In this document: in pieces, positions 18,200 through 30,666 of the stretch
Numbering within the stretch: position 1 is the stretch's first letter
How the letters are laid out: each line of letters begins with the position of its first letter
Assembly (NCBI GenBank): GCA_963748815.1
Contig: CAVVKJ010000010.1
Span: 224,001 to 288,000 of the forward strand
Source: an uncultured Gemmatimonadales bacterium
Lineage (GTDB): Bacteria; Gemmatimonadota; Gemmatimonadetes; Gemmatimonadales; GWC2-71-9
Reading direction: 5' to 3'
Length of the DNA stretch: 64,000 bases
Made by a program: the position numbers and the translations under genes
The notes under the pieces: generated by a model
Database searches by the model: none
Told to the model about the DNA's origin: nothing
Seen by the model: only the letters and a program-made list of their open reading frames with translations

Positions 18200-19384
18200 C
18201 TACTTCTTTACCAGCTCCACCCTCCGGTTCTGCTGTCGCCCCTCGGGCGTCGTGTTTGGCGCCGCTGGTACCGTGTCGCCGAACCCGATGGTCGTCAGGC
18301 GATTGCCGTCGATCTTGTAGGTGTCGATCAGGATCTGCCTCACGGCGGCCGCGCGCCGGTCGGAGAGTGCCAGGTTCGAGGCGGCGCCGCCGACGTTGTC
18401 AGTGTGGCCCTCGATCAGGAGGTCGAGGTCGGTGTGCTGCTTCAGCATGTCGGCAATCTCGACCAGCGTCGGGGTCGATTCCGGCTGGATCTTGTCCGAG
18501 CCGGAAGCGAAGTAGATGCCCTGGGTTGCCACCCTCCCATTCTCTTCGAGGGCATCGTAGAGCTCCCGCCCGCCCGCCAGCACGCTGAAATTGCCGATGA
18601 AGACCGGCTTGTCCGCCGATCCCGAGTAGTCGACGATGATCTTGGTCGACCGCCCAAGCTCGGCATTCGGCACGTTGGCCACGCGGGTGTCGTTGATGTA
18701 CACCTTCACGTACTTGCCGTCGGCCATCACCCGGAAGCGGAAGAGGTCCGCCAGCGCACTCGGCGAGGTCGTCGCCCCGAGCGCCTTCGGCCCGCGACCC
18801 TCGATGCCCCCCCGTCATCCGGTCGTTGAAGTAGTAGAAGGCCACGTGGCTCGGCGCGTCGTCGGCGAACGTCAGCGTGGAGGCGATGTTGCTGATGGAG
18901 GCGGTCGCGTCGAACTCGATGGTGAAGCGCTCGGTGAGCGTGTCGGGGAGGAGGATCGCGAACTTGGAGGCCCGCGTCGTGGCGCGGAGGTATCGGGCAC
19001 CGTTCCACTCCGCGACTCTCCATGTTGCCGGAAATGAACTCCAGTCGCTTCGGGAAGTTGCCGACCCGGTCCCGGCTGAAAGTCGTCCACGTAGAGCGGG
19101 ATCTCGCCCGGCTGGAAGTCGTAATTGACCCAGACGCCTGAACCGGGGGCCTCGCTCTTGGCCGGGGCCGCTGGTTGGCCGCCCGCCGGCTGGGCGGCCG
19201 CCGGTTCCGCCGCCGGCGCCGGGTCGCTGCTCGCCGGCGCAGTGGACGGGGTCGACACCGTCGGCACGGACGGTACCGTCGGGACCTTCGGCTTCTTGAT
19301 GCCGGGAATTTGCGCCGCGGCCGAGTGCGGCAGGACGAAGAGCGCCAGGGTCAGGATAAGAGCCAGCCGGGACAGTCGAAGCAT
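18200..19384 (-). CDS. Secreted OmpA-domain protein; three +1 frameshifts (about 19080, 19017, 18810)
   Basis: Signal peptide and Pro/Ala linker; removing 3 bases gives NYDFQPGE..DDFSRDRVGNFP...; C-terminal IEGHTDNVG..LSDRRA..NRRVE OmpA domain. Confidence 0.82.
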
Positions 19385-19526
19385 CGTCGCCCTCCTGGGT
19401 TGCAGCCCGTGTCGCCGCCGCCGCTGTGCCTTCAGCTGGTGAATGGCACCCCACCCGCCCAATCCCGCCAATAGACACGCCGGTACAGCCCTCCGCCAGT
19501 GGGGACGGGTTGGTCGCCGGAGGGGT

Positions 19527-19898
19527 CTACCGGGCCCCCAGAATCAGCCCCGTCACGAAGGGAACCAACCAGATCAGCCACACCACGAGGCTGGTCCGGT
19601 GGAAGGCGCGGAGCCGAGATGCGGACCCGCGCACCAGCACCACGGTGGCCCACACTGCGTGCAGCAGCATGAGCAGGAGCGCCAATCCGCCCGTCACCGT
19701 GTGAAATCCCCACCGAAAGCCTCCCGCCAGTTGCCGCATCATCTCCGTGCCGGCGGTGTCAGCGGTGAAGCCAAGCCAGAAGAACAGGTCGTGCCACGGT
19801 TTCAGGCGGCGGGAGAGCACTGCCGACCAGACGCCGACGGTGTAGAGGGCGAAGGCGGCGAACATGAGGGAGACGGCAGCCCTGACAAGCGGAGGCAT
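19527..19898 (-). CDS. Small 4-TM membrane protein, HsmA/TIGR03987-like
   Basis: LYTVGVWS...LKPWH.LFFWLG..DTAGT..M, HTVTG..A..LM..HAVWA pattern with conserved His. Confidence 0.7.
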   Translation of the reverse strand: MPPLVRAAVSLMFAAFALYTVGVWSAVLSRRLKPWHDLFFWLGFTADTAGTEMMRQLAGGFRWGFHTVTGGLALLLMLLHAVWATVVLVRGSASRLRAFHRTSLVVWLIWLVPFVTGLILGAR

Positions 19899-20037
19899 CA
19901 GGCCACAAAGCTATGGAGTGAGGGAGGGAAGTTCCTGAAGCCTCTCTCACAATGGCGCGCGACCCCCGGTGAAGCGGAGTCGTCGCAAGGTCGGAAGAGC
20001 GGCGGCCGGGGGGCACACGCCCGCCATCGGGTCGCCC

Positions 20038-20409
20038 CTAGGGGGTGACGGAGTACGTGACCGGCGCGGACTCCTCGGTGTTGCCCGCTTTGTCCCGCGC
20101 CACCGCGACCCACTCATAGATGCCAGGGCCGTAGACGGAGGTATCCCAGGCATGCTCGAACGGTGCGACCGAATCTGGCGCCGGGAGCAGGGCAGTGTTC
20201 ACCTTCCAGGTGACGACCGTCACTCCGACCGCATCGGTCGCGTTCGCGGTGATCACAACCGTTCCCGTGACGGCGCCTGCGGCTGGTGAAACGATCGAGA
20301 CGAGCGGGGCGACGGTGTCTGGCGCGGACCGCGATGGGTCCGTGCTGTCGGAGCATCCAGCAATGGTCACCAGCAGAAGGACCAGGCACGAGCGCTTGGC
20401 GAGCTGCAT
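20038..20409 (-). CDS. Lipoprotein with bacterial Ig-like domain
   Basis: Lipobox IAGC; DTVAPLVSIVSP..ATDAVGV..WDTS..ARDKAGN. Confidence 0.75.
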   Translation of the reverse strand: MQLAKRSCLVLLLVTIAGCSDSTDPSRSAPDTVAPLVSIVSPAAGAVTGTVVITANATDAVGVTVVTWKVNTALLPAPDSVAPFEHAWDTSVYGPGIYEWVAVARDKAGNTEESAPVTYSVTP

Positions 20410-20446
20410 ATCCGCTCCAGGTGAAGGATGCCTTGCGTCCACCGAC

Positions 20447-21418
20447 TCACGATCGCAGTAACATGACGATATAGGTTCCGTAGCAGGTGAGCAAGACGCT
20501 CCCCTCGAGCCGCGAAATCTTCCTGCCCGTCCACATCATCGGGAACAGGACTACCGCAAACGCCAGCATCCACCAGGCGTCAGTCTGAACGATGCCTTCG
20601 GCGATCGGGATCGGATGCACGAGCGCGGTGATCCCGAGGATGCCCAGAATATTGAAGATGTTCGAGCCGATGATATTGGCAAGCGCCAGGTCGGTTCGGC
20701 CGCGGTAGGCCGCGACGAGACTGGCCGCCAGTTCGGGGGCGCTGGTCCCAGCGGCCACGATGGTCAGGCCGATAACGCGCTCCGTCATGCCCGCGTACCG
20801 CGCGATCGCCACCGATCCGTCCACCAGGAACTTTCCGCCGAGCACCAGCAGGCCGGACCCGATGAGGACCGCCAGGATGCTGAGCCCGAGCTCCCGGGTG
20901 CGGGGATGCAGCGACCGGCCCGCCGTCTCGCTCGCGTAGTCGGTCGCTTCGGCCTGGCTGACCTCGTGCCGGGCGATGTAGACCGAATACGCCGTGAAGA
21001 CCACCAGCGATGCGACGAAAAACCCGCCTTCCATGCGGTCGAGGCCGAGGTCCCGCATCAGCAGGAATCCGATCCAGCTCGCGAGGAACATGACGGGCCA
21101 CTCCAGGCGGACCGCCGCGCCGTGTACGGCGAGCGGAGTGACCAGCGCCGCGGCGCCCAGCACCATGCCGATGTTGAAGATGTTCGAGCCGACCACGTTG
21201 CCGACGGCGATGTCCGGCGTGCCGTGCAGGGCGGCGAGAATGCTAACCACGAGCTCAGGAAGGGAGGTACCGGCGGCGACGACGGTCAGTCCGATGACGG
21301 CGGGTGTGAGTCCGGCGATCCGGGCGATGGTCGTCGCGCCGCGGACCAGCGCCTCGCCGCCACCCGCCAGGAGGCCGAGGCCGAGGATCACGAGGAGCAC
21401 TGAGGGAAGGAGTTCCAT
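20447..21418 (-). CDS. Ca2+/Na+ antiporter (YrbG/CaCA family)
   Basis: Two alpha repeats GTSLPE...GNVVGSNIFNI and GTSAPE...NIIGSNIFNI. Confidence 0.92.
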   Translation of the reverse strand: MELLPSVLLVILGLGLLAGGGEALVRGATTIARIAGLTPAVIGLTVVAAGTSLPELVVSILAALHGTPDIAVGNVVGSNIFNIGMVLGAAALVTPLAVHGAAVRLEWPVMFLASWIGFLLMRDLGLDRMEGGFFVASLVVFTAYSVYIARHEVSQAEATDYASETAGRSLHPRTRELGLSILAVLIGSGLLVLGGKFLVDGSVAIARYAGMTERVIGLTIVAAGTSAPELAASLVAAYRGRTDLALANIIGSNIFNILGILGITALVHPIPIAEGIVQTDAWWMLAFAVVLFPMMWTGRKISRLEGSVLLTCYGTYIVMLLRS

Positions 21419-21545
21419 GGCCTCCAATATAGTCGCCACCGTGGTTCGGGCCTGTGCGGAGCGGCCCATCCCTGTACCTTTCCCGCCGTTCTGCCGACCG
21501 GAATTCCCCGGATCGGCGGGTGACCGTTGAGCGCAGGGGCGGGTC

Positions 21546-21895
21546 GTGGCGATCGAGGTACAGGTCTTTGGGACAAAGAAATGTCAGGACACGCGCAAGG
21601 CGCTTCGGTTCTTCGCGGAGCGGCGGGTGAAGACCCACTTCGTGGACCTGCAGGTCAAGGCCGCTTCCCCGGGGGAACTGCGCCGGTTTGCCCAGAAGTT
21701 CGGGGTGACGGCGCTGGTGGACCGTGACGGGAAGCGCTTCGCCGATCTCGGCCTTCGAAGCGCCGCACTCTCCGACACTCGCTGGCTCGACCGCCTCGCC
21801 GAGGACCCGCTGCTGCTGCGGACCCCGCTCGTGCGACACCAGCAGCGGCTCACGATCGGCCCCGCGGAAGCGACCTGGAAGGATTGGGTGACGGC

Positions 21896-21899
<4 letters not shown>
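21546..21899 (+). CDS. ArsC/Spx-family thioredoxin-fold protein
   Basis: FGTKKCQDTRKALRFF...PLLLRTPLV. Confidence 0.8.
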
Positions 21900-23826
<1,927 letters not shown>

Positions 23827-23830
<4 letters not shown>

Positions 23831-25287
23831 TACCCCGGCGGTGGCTGGAACGGCCCCAGGATCTGCGACACCCGGTCCGCGACGGCAAGCAGGGCGTCGT
23901 CGTCCCACCGCCGCCCCACCAGCTGCACCCCGACCGGCAGCCCCTCCGCCGTCTTTCCCGCCGGAACGACCACCGCAGGACTCCCCGTCAGGTTGAACGG
24001 CGCGGCGTAGGCGCCCACCGCCGTTGTGTATGCCACCTTTGCCCCGTTGATGACGATGGGCTTCCCGGAGCGCATGTGCGGGAAGGCGACCGTGGGCGCC
24101 ACCGGGAGCATCCATGCGTCGAACCCGCCGAGGAACCGTTCCAGCGCGGCGATCTTCTCGTCTCGCGCCGCCAGCGCGCGGACGAACCGCCTCGGGTCCA
24201 TCGCGAGTCCGCCGCGCAGGCCGCGTGTCCAACGAGTTCGACCCAGCCCGAAGTAGGTGCCGTGCCGGAGCAGGAGCCGGATCGGTGCCGGGGTCATCAG
24301 CCCCATCTCGAATCCGTTGATCTCCCCCCACAATTCCAGGGCATCGTGCAGGTCGAAGCCCGAAGGAGCCGCCCGCTCCACGGTGCAACCAGCCGCTGCG
24401 AGCGAGACAGCGGCGGCGCGCACCGCGTCGGCGGTGTCCGTCGACACGGGACCCTGGGGGAGGGAGTCGGTCCAGGCGATCCGGAGCGTGGCGGCGCCGG
24501 GCGCCTCGCGCGCCGCGGCGATCGGCGGGACAGGCGGCACTTCCGAGTGCTGGCCGTCCGGCCCCTCCAGCAGCGTCATCGCGAGACGGAGGTCCGCTAC
24601 CGAGCGGGCCAGCGGTCCGAAGCTCACCATGTGCCGGAGGCCGCGCGGCGGGCCGCCGGGCAGTTCGCCGTGCCCGGCGCCCGACACCCGGTGCTCCGTG
24701 GGCTTGAATCCGAAGACGCCGCAGAAGTGGGCCGGGATGCGAATGGACCCGGCGGCGTCGCTTCCGATTTCCAGGGGGGTGAGGCCGGCCGCGACCGCCG
24801 CCGCGCCGCCGCCGGTGCTGCCGCCGGGGGTCCGGCCGAGATTCCAGGGATTGTTGGTGCGACCAAAGATGGGACTGATGCACTGCCAGTCGTAGCAGAG
24901 CAGGGGAACGTTCGTCTTGCCGACGATCACGGCCCCGGCGTCGAGGACGCGCTGCACGACCGTGGCGTTGGTGGTGGAAATATTGTCGCGGGCGGGGGCG
25001 TAGCCGGCGGTGTTCCGCAGTCCGCGCACATCGAAGATGTCCTTGATGGTGACGGGGACGCCGTGCAGCGGACCCCACCACTCGCCGCGCGCCCAGGCCT
25101 CGTCGGCGGCCACCGCGCGTTCGCGGGCCTGCGGATTGGGAATGACGATGGCGTTGAGCGGCGGGTTGAATCGGTTGATGCGGCTGGCGTAGAGGTCGAA
25201 GGCGTCCACGGCACTCCAGCGGCGCGCGCGGATCGCCTCTGCGATGTCGGCGGCAGTCGCAAAGCCGGACCCGAGATCGGCGGTCAC
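23827..25287 (-). CDS. Amidase signature family enzyme
   Basis: TIKD, GGSTGGGAAAV, GSDAAGSIRIPAHFCG (Ser-cisSer-Lys triad); GTGA overlap with the upstream ligase. Confidence 0.9.
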
Positions 25288-27011
25288 TCCGGGAGCGGCC
25301 TCCCGGCCGTCCACCGCTCCGCGGCGAGTCGCTGCAGGTAACGGAGCACCGTGTCGCGATCGGCGTGCACCGTGAGGAGCAGCAAGTCGCCGTCGCGCGC
25401 CCAGGCGAGCGCCTGCCGAGCCGACTGCAGTTCGCCTTCGGCGAGGTCGATCTGGTCATCGTGCGCGCCGAGGCGGCGGAGTTCCTCGATCAGCATGCCC
25501 GACACCTCTCCCGCCGCCCGCCCGCGGAGGTAGGACGGCATCTCCTTTACCAGCACCCGGTCGGGCTTCCCGAGCCAGGCGGTCCGCGCCAGTTCGCGAA
25601 TCGCATGGTCGTCCCGGTCGCCGGCCTGCCCGATCACCACGAGGCGGCGGGCGGCCGGGAGCGCGCGCGCCATCTCCATCAGCGCCGTGAGCCCGTGCGG
25701 GTTGTGGGCAAAGTCCACGAACAGGCGCACCCCGCCGAACTCGAACCCGTTGAGGCGGCCGAGATTGCCCGCCGGCGTATTGGTCAGCGAAGCCAGGCCC
25801 TTGGCGATGGATGCGTCGTCGAGGCCGAGCACGACGCCGACCAGCGTCGCCGCGAGGGCGTTGGCAACGTTGTAGCGGGCCGCCCCGCCGATCGTGATCG
25901 GCACCCGGGCCACGGTCGTGATGTCCCGCTCGGTGCGCCCCGTACCGAAGCTGATGCGGTCGCCCCGCAGGGTCGCGGTGAGCCCACCCGCACAGCGGGC
26001 CGCTGCCAGTACCGCATGGTCGGGGTCAAGCGAAAACCAGGCGACGGGGGAGGCGAGGCCGTGCGAGGCCGCGACAAGGGCAGGATCGTCGGCGTTGAGC
26101 ACCAGGGGCCGGAGGCCGCCCAGCGCCCGGGCGACTACCAGCTTCGCCTCGGCGAGGTCGGCGAGCGAGTACACCGCCGATTCACCGAGGTGGTCCTCGG
26201 CGATGTTGGTCACGAGCGCGACATCGGCCCGGTCGACCGCGAGGCCCCGGCGGAGCAGCCCGCCGCGGGCGGTTTCGAGGACCGCCATGTCCACCCGCCG
26301 ATCCCGCAGCAGGCGGCGCGCGCCCCCCGGCCCGGAGAAGTCGCCGGCCTCGAGCGTCTCGCCGCCGACCATGACGCCGTCAGTGGAGGTATGCCCCGCG
26401 GTCTTGCCCGCGGCGGAGATCATGCCGCTCACCAGGCGGGTGACCGTCGTCTTGCCGTTACTGCCGGTGATGAGCGCGACCGGGATGTTGCGGAGCGCGG
26501 GCCACGGCACGGCGGTCGGGGCGGGGAGGGCGTCCATCGGCCAGGTCGCGGACCCCGCCCCGGTTCCGATCGAGACGGATTCGTCATCCCAGAGGAACCG
26601 GAGGTCGCGCGCCGCCGCCGCCGCCTCGAGCGCCAGCAGGGTCGGCTTCCGCTCCTCGGCAACGATGGCGCGAAGCCTGTCGATGGCGGCGTCGCGGTCG
26701 ATCGCGTCGCAATGAAAGCGCGCGCTGGCGGCCGCCCACGCCCATTCGTTGACTTCGGTGGCCGCGTAGAGCGCGTCGATCGGCGCGGTAAGCGCGAGGC
26801 TGGCGCCGCCCGGATAGCGGCGGACGGCGAGCGTCTCCCCGGTCCATCCCAGCGCGTCCAGCGCGAGCCGCGCTTCCTCGCCCCAGAACCGCACGAGCTC
26901 ATCCGCGGCGGGGTCGGCCAGCTCGACCTCCAGCACCGCCCCCGGCCGGTCGGTCACCAGGTTGGGACCGGTGAGCCGCCGGGAGTCGCGGATGGTTTCC
27001 GGAAGGACCAT
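25284..27011 (-). CDS. CphA paralogue: CphA-like N-terminus plus Mur-ligase domain, ATP-grasp domain absent
   Basis: RRLTGPNL start like CphA; ITGSNGKTT, AVLETARGGLLRRGL, TNIAEDHLG, LNADDP, DFAHNP and GDRDD collinear with the neighbouring CphA C-half; 575 vs 929 aa. Confidence 0.85.
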   Translation of the reverse strand: MVLPETIRDSRRLTGPNLVTDRPGAVLEVELADPAADELVRFWGEEARLALDALGWTGETLAVRRYPGGASLALTAPIDALYAATEVNEWAWAAASARFHCDAIDRDAAIDRLRAIVAEERKPTLLALEAAAAARDLRFLWDDESVSIGTGAGSATWPMDALPAPTAVPWPALRNIPVALITGSNGKTTVTRLVSGMISAAGKTAGHTSTDGVMVGGETLEAGDFSGPGGARRLLRDRRVDMAVLETARGGLLRRGLAVDRADVALVTNIAEDHLGESAVYSLADLAEAKLVVARALGGLRPLVLNADDPALVAASHGLASPVAWFSLDPDHAVLAAARCAGGLTATLRGDRISFGTGRTERDITTVARVPITIGGAARYNVANALAATLVGVVLGLDDASIAKGLASLTNTPAGNLGRLNGFEFGGVRLFVDFAHNPHGLTALMEMARALPAARRLVVIGQAGDRDDHAIRELARTAWLGKPDRVLVKEMPSYLRGRAAGEVSGMLIEELRRLGAHDDQIDLAEGELQSARQALAWARDGDLLLLTVHADRDTVLRYLQRLAAERWTAGRPLPE

Positions 27012-29800
27012 CAGTCGTCGGCTTCCCGGGCGAGGCGGACGCCGCGATCGTCACGGATGATCTGGTCGGAATCGGGAAGCTCGGCGCCGGCCGAGGGGGC
27101 GGTCACCTCCAGCCTGGCGGCGGGTGCGGGTGTCGTCGCCGCGCCGCGGCCGCTGGGGCTGAAATGAATGATCTGCTTCCAGGTCCGCGCGATCGAGTCG
27201 CCGAAGATGAGCAGCAGGTCTCCCTGCCGGGCCATCCGGAGCGCCGCCTCCACCGCGCGCTGCTCGTCGGCGATCACCGTGATCTGCTTGTCTGGCACAC
27301 CCGCCGCCAGCAGCGTCTCGCGGAGCAGGCGGGGCACCTCTTCGTCGGTGCGCCCGCGGAGGGAGTCGTCCCGCCGGCAGAAGTAATGGGCGAACCGTCC
27401 CGCGGCCCGGTGGGCGATGTCGCGGATGTCCTCGTCGCGGCGGTCGCCCGGTCCGGCCAGCACCACCAGCTTCTTCCCCTTCACCTCGATGCGGTCGGTG
27501 AGCTGGCACATCACCTCGACCGCGTCGGGGTTGTGGCCGTAGTCGAGGATGACCTTGAAGCCGTGCTCGTCGAAGACGTTCATCCGGCCCGGCGCCTGGA
27601 AGAAGCTGGTGTCGAAGGTACGGAGCCCGTGCCGGATGTCCTCCAGCTTGACCCCCATGCTGAACGCCATCGCCGCGGCGAACATCGCGTTCTGCACGTT
27701 GTGCATCGCGCGCCCCTCGAGGGTGGCCGGGATCAGGTGGGTCCAGAGCAGGGGAATGTGGCCGCCACGATCGTAGATCGTGATCATCTGTCCGTTCACG
27801 CCGGCCTCGAGTGCCAGCGCGCGGCCCCCGGCCCGGATGTGCTCGCGCACCAACTGGTGCTCCGGGTTGAGCGTGACGTAGCAGATGACCTTGGCCTCGG
27901 TGTAGTCGGCCATCGCGAGACAGAGGGGATCGTCGGCGTTGAGCACCGCCGTGTCGCGCGCCACCTCGATCGGAATCCGCTTGACCTTGGCCAGTTCCTC
28001 GAGGGTCTCGACGCCCCGGAGCCCGAGGTGGTCGGACTTCACGTTGAGGCAGGCGGCCACGTCGCAGTGGCGGAAGCCCATCCCGGCGCGCAGCAGCCCG
28101 CCGCGTGCCGTTTCCAGCACCGCCACGTCGACATGGGGATCGCCGAGGACCATCCGCGCGGCGATCGGTCCGGTCATGTCGCCCTCGACCGTGCGATTGC
28201 CGTCGATGTACACGCCGTCGGTGGTGGTCAGGCCGACCGTGCGCCCGGCCAGCTTGTGGATGTGCGCCAGCATGCGGGAGGTCGTGGTCTTGCCGTTGGT
28301 GCCGGTGATGGCCGCGATCGGAATGCGCGACGGCGATCCCGGCGGGAAGAGCATGTCCAGCACCGGGCCCGCCACGTCGCGGGGCTTTCCCTCGCTCGGC
28401 GCCATGTGCATCCGGAAGCCGGGCGCCGCGTTGACTTCGCAGATCGCGCCGCCGCCGTGCTCCCGGTAGGACAGGCTGATGTCGGGCGTCAGGAAGTCCA
28501 CCCCGCCGACGTCGAGGCCGATCGCCTCGACGGTCCGGACCGCCATTTCCCGGTTGTCGGGATGGACGATGTCGGTCACGTCAACGGAGGTGCCGCCGGT
28601 CGAGAGGTTGCCCGTCGAGCGGAGGTACACGACTTCGCCCGCGGCCGGGACGGTGGCCCGGGTGTAATTCTGCCGTGCCAGCAGCCGGTCCGCCTGCGCG
28701 TCGAACTCGATGCGCGTCAGCACCTTCTCGTGGCCGATGCCCCGCCGGGGGTCGGCGTTGACGGAGGCGACCAGCGCCTCGATGGTGCGGATGCCGTCCC
28801 CGACGACGTGCCCCGGGACCCGCTTGGCCACCGCCACCAGCTCGCCGTCGATCACCAGCATCCGGTGATCGTGCCCCTCGATGAACGACTCGACGATGAC
28901 GCTGCGGCTGATCGCCTGCGCCTGCCGGAAGGCCACGGCCACCGACTCGTCGTCCTGGAGGTTGATCGCCACCCCGCGTCCATGGTTGGCGTTGTACGGC
29001 TTGAGCACCACCGGAAACCCGATACGCCGCGCGGCGTCGATCGCCTCGTCCTCGCGCTGGACCAGCCGCTGCTTCGGCACCGGGAGCCCGAGTCGCGTCA
29101 ACAGCTTGTTGGTCTCTTCCTTGTCCGAGGCGATCTCCACCGCGATGTGCGGCGTCTTGCTGGTGATGGTCGCCTGCACCCGCTGCTGGAATCGGCCCAT
29201 CCCGAGCTGGATCAGGCTGTAGTCGTTCAACCGCATCCAGGGAATGCCACGGTCCTCGGCCGCGTGCACCAGCGCGCCGGTGCTTGGCCCGAGCGCGCGG
29301 CGCTGGGCGAACCGGATGAAGGCGTCCCGCTCCTCGGCGAAATCGAACCCGTCCGGCACGCTGCCCTTGGGGCGCAGCGCCTCCGGGAGGAGGGAATGGA
29401 GCAGGGTGAGCGCCAGCCGGCCGGCCTCGAGTCCCACTTCTTCCTGCTCATACTGGAACACGACGTGGTAGCGGCCCGGGACGTCGGTCGAGCGGGTCTT
29501 CCCGAAGGTGACCGTGGCGCCCGCGACGTTTTGCAATTCGATCGCGACGTGCTCAAGCACGTGACCGAGCCAGGTGCCCTCGTCTTCCAGCACCCGGCGC
29601 TGGAATCCCCCCGCGTCGCCGTAGGAGCAGCCGTGCTCGAGCAGGCCCGGCAGCGCGGCGAAGAGGGCATCGCTGAACGCGGGCCCCAGGCGGCTGGTGG
29701 GCCACTCTTCCACCGGCCCGAGGTCCAGGTCGAAGCGGATGACGGGGAAATGGGCGTACAGGCTCGGTCCGAGGTAGACCGAGGTCTCGATGATGCGCAT
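27011..29800 (-). CDS. cphA: Cyanophycin synthetase CphA1
   Basis: N domain with C..HVLEH; ATP-grasp (KPYNANHGRGV, NLSTGG, EVNAAPGFRMH); Mur domain (GTNGKTT, ETARGG, DYGHNP). Confidence 0.95.
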   Translation of the reverse strand: MRIIETSVYLGPSLYAHFPVIRFDLDLGPVEEWPTSRLGPAFSDALFAALPGLLEHGCSYGDAGGFQRRVLEDEGTWLGHVLEHVAIELQNVAGATVTFGKTRSTDVPGRYHVVFQYEQEEVGLEAGRLALTLLHSLLPEALRPKGSVPDGFDFAEERDAFIRFAQRRALGPSTGALVHAAEDRGIPWMRLNDYSLIQLGMGRFQQRVQATITSKTPHIAVEIASDKEETNKLLTRLGLPVPKQRLVQREDEAIDAARRIGFPVVLKPYNANHGRGVAINLQDDESVAVAFRQAQAISRSVIVESFIEGHDHRMLVIDGELVAVAKRVPGHVVGDGIRTIEALVASVNADPRRGIGHEKVLTRIEFDAQADRLLARQNYTRATVPAAGEVVYLRSTGNLSTGGTSVDVTDIVHPDNREMAVRTVEAIGLDVGGVDFLTPDISLSYREHGGGAICEVNAAPGFRMHMAPSEGKPRDVAGPVLDMLFPPGSPSRIPIAAITGTNGKTTTSRMLAHIHKLAGRTVGLTTTDGVYIDGNRTVEGDMTGPIAARMVLGDPHVDVAVLETARGGLLRAGMGFRHCDVAACLNVKSDHLGLRGVETLEELAKVKRIPIEVARDTAVLNADDPLCLAMADYTEAKVICYVTLNPEHQLVREHIRAGGRALALEAGVNGQMITIYDRGGHIPLLWTHLIPATLEGRAMHNVQNAMFAAAMAFSMGVKLEDIRHGLRTFDTSFFQAPGRMNVFDEHGFKVILDYGHNPDAVEVMCQLTDRIEVKGKKLVVLAGPGDRRDEDIRDIAHRAAGRFAHYFCRRDDSLRGRTDEEVPRLLRETLLAAGVPDKQITVIADEQRAVEAALRMARQGDLLLIFGDSIARTWKQIIHFSPSGRGAATTPAPAARLEVTAPSAGAELPDSDQIIRDDRGVRLAREADD

Positions 29801-29823
29801 AGGCCTCCCGGGAGGGACCGGGG

Positions 29824-30666
29824 TCAGGGCTGGGCGGCGGCGGCGTTGGGCGCCGTGGCCACGCGGGTGTGAAGATTGAAGGTGGCGCCGGCGGTCAGGA
29901 TGTGCAGCCGCAGACCGATGAGGCAGACCGGTTCATGGTCGCCGACCTGGTCCATCGACGAATACTCCACGTTGGCGCAGTCGACAATCGTGATGCCGCC
30001 GCTGCCGACCACCTCGAGCGTCTCGTCGGGGCCGATGAACGCGGCGGTGTCCTCGTCGAGTCCGACCCCGATCGCAAAGGGGTTGTACGCGAGCGCGGTG
30101 AGCAGCCGGCCAAGGCGGTCGCGCTGCCGGAAGTGCTGGTCGATGACGACGCGATTGGTCAGTCCGAGCCCCGGCGCCAGCGTCACGATGTTGGCGCGCG
30201 GCACGGCGCCGTCCTCACCGTTGGCGATCATGTGCTCGGACAGGAACGCTGCGCCGGCGGAGGTGCCGGCCACCGGCACGCCCGCGGCGTTGAGGGTGCG
30301 GATGGTGCGGGCCACGTCGGTCCCGCCGAGGGTCGTGGCCAGGCGCAGCTGGTTGCCGCCGGTCATGAAGACGCCCGTCGCGGTCACCAGCTTGTTCAGG
30401 AGCTCCGCCCGGTCGCAGTCCGCGCGCGTCTCGAACGGCAGCGACCGGACCCGTCCGGCGCCCAGCTCGGTGAACAGCGTTTCGTACCGTTCGCCCGTGT
30501 CGGCGAGCTGGGACGCCGTCGGGATGACGGCGATGCGCGCGTCCTTCCCGCCGGCGATCTCCACAAAGCGTCGCAGGATCCTGGCGTCGCTCATCTTTTC
30601 TTCGGCGCCGCCGACGGGGATGATCACCCCGCGTTCGGCGCCCTCGGGCGGGCGGGCCGGGCTCAT
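29824..30666 (-). CDS. cphB: Cyanophycinase
   Basis: GGAEEK, TGGNQLRL, GTSAGA, IDQHFRQRDRLGRL, GLDEDT. Confidence 0.95.
   Translation of the reverse strand: MSPARPPEGAERGVIIPVGGAEEKMSDARILRRFVEIAGGKDARIAVIPTASQLADTGERYETLFTELGAGRVRSLPFETRADCDRAELLNKLVTATGVFMTGGNQLRLATTLGGTDVARTIRTLNAAGVPVAGTSAGAAFLSEHMIANGEDGAVPRANIVTLAPGLGLTNRVVIDQHFRQRDRLGRLLTALAYNPFAIGVGLDEDTAAFIGPDETLEVVGSGGITIVDCANVEYSSMDQVGDHEPVCLIGLRLHILTAGATFNLHTRVATAPNAAAAQP

Noticed and set aside
25284..27011. Calling the Mur-domain gene murE/murF or cphA2
   Set aside because: Motifs track the adjacent CphA (ETARGGLLR.G); it is not in a cell-wall cluster; CphA2 retains the ATP-grasp domain that is missing here
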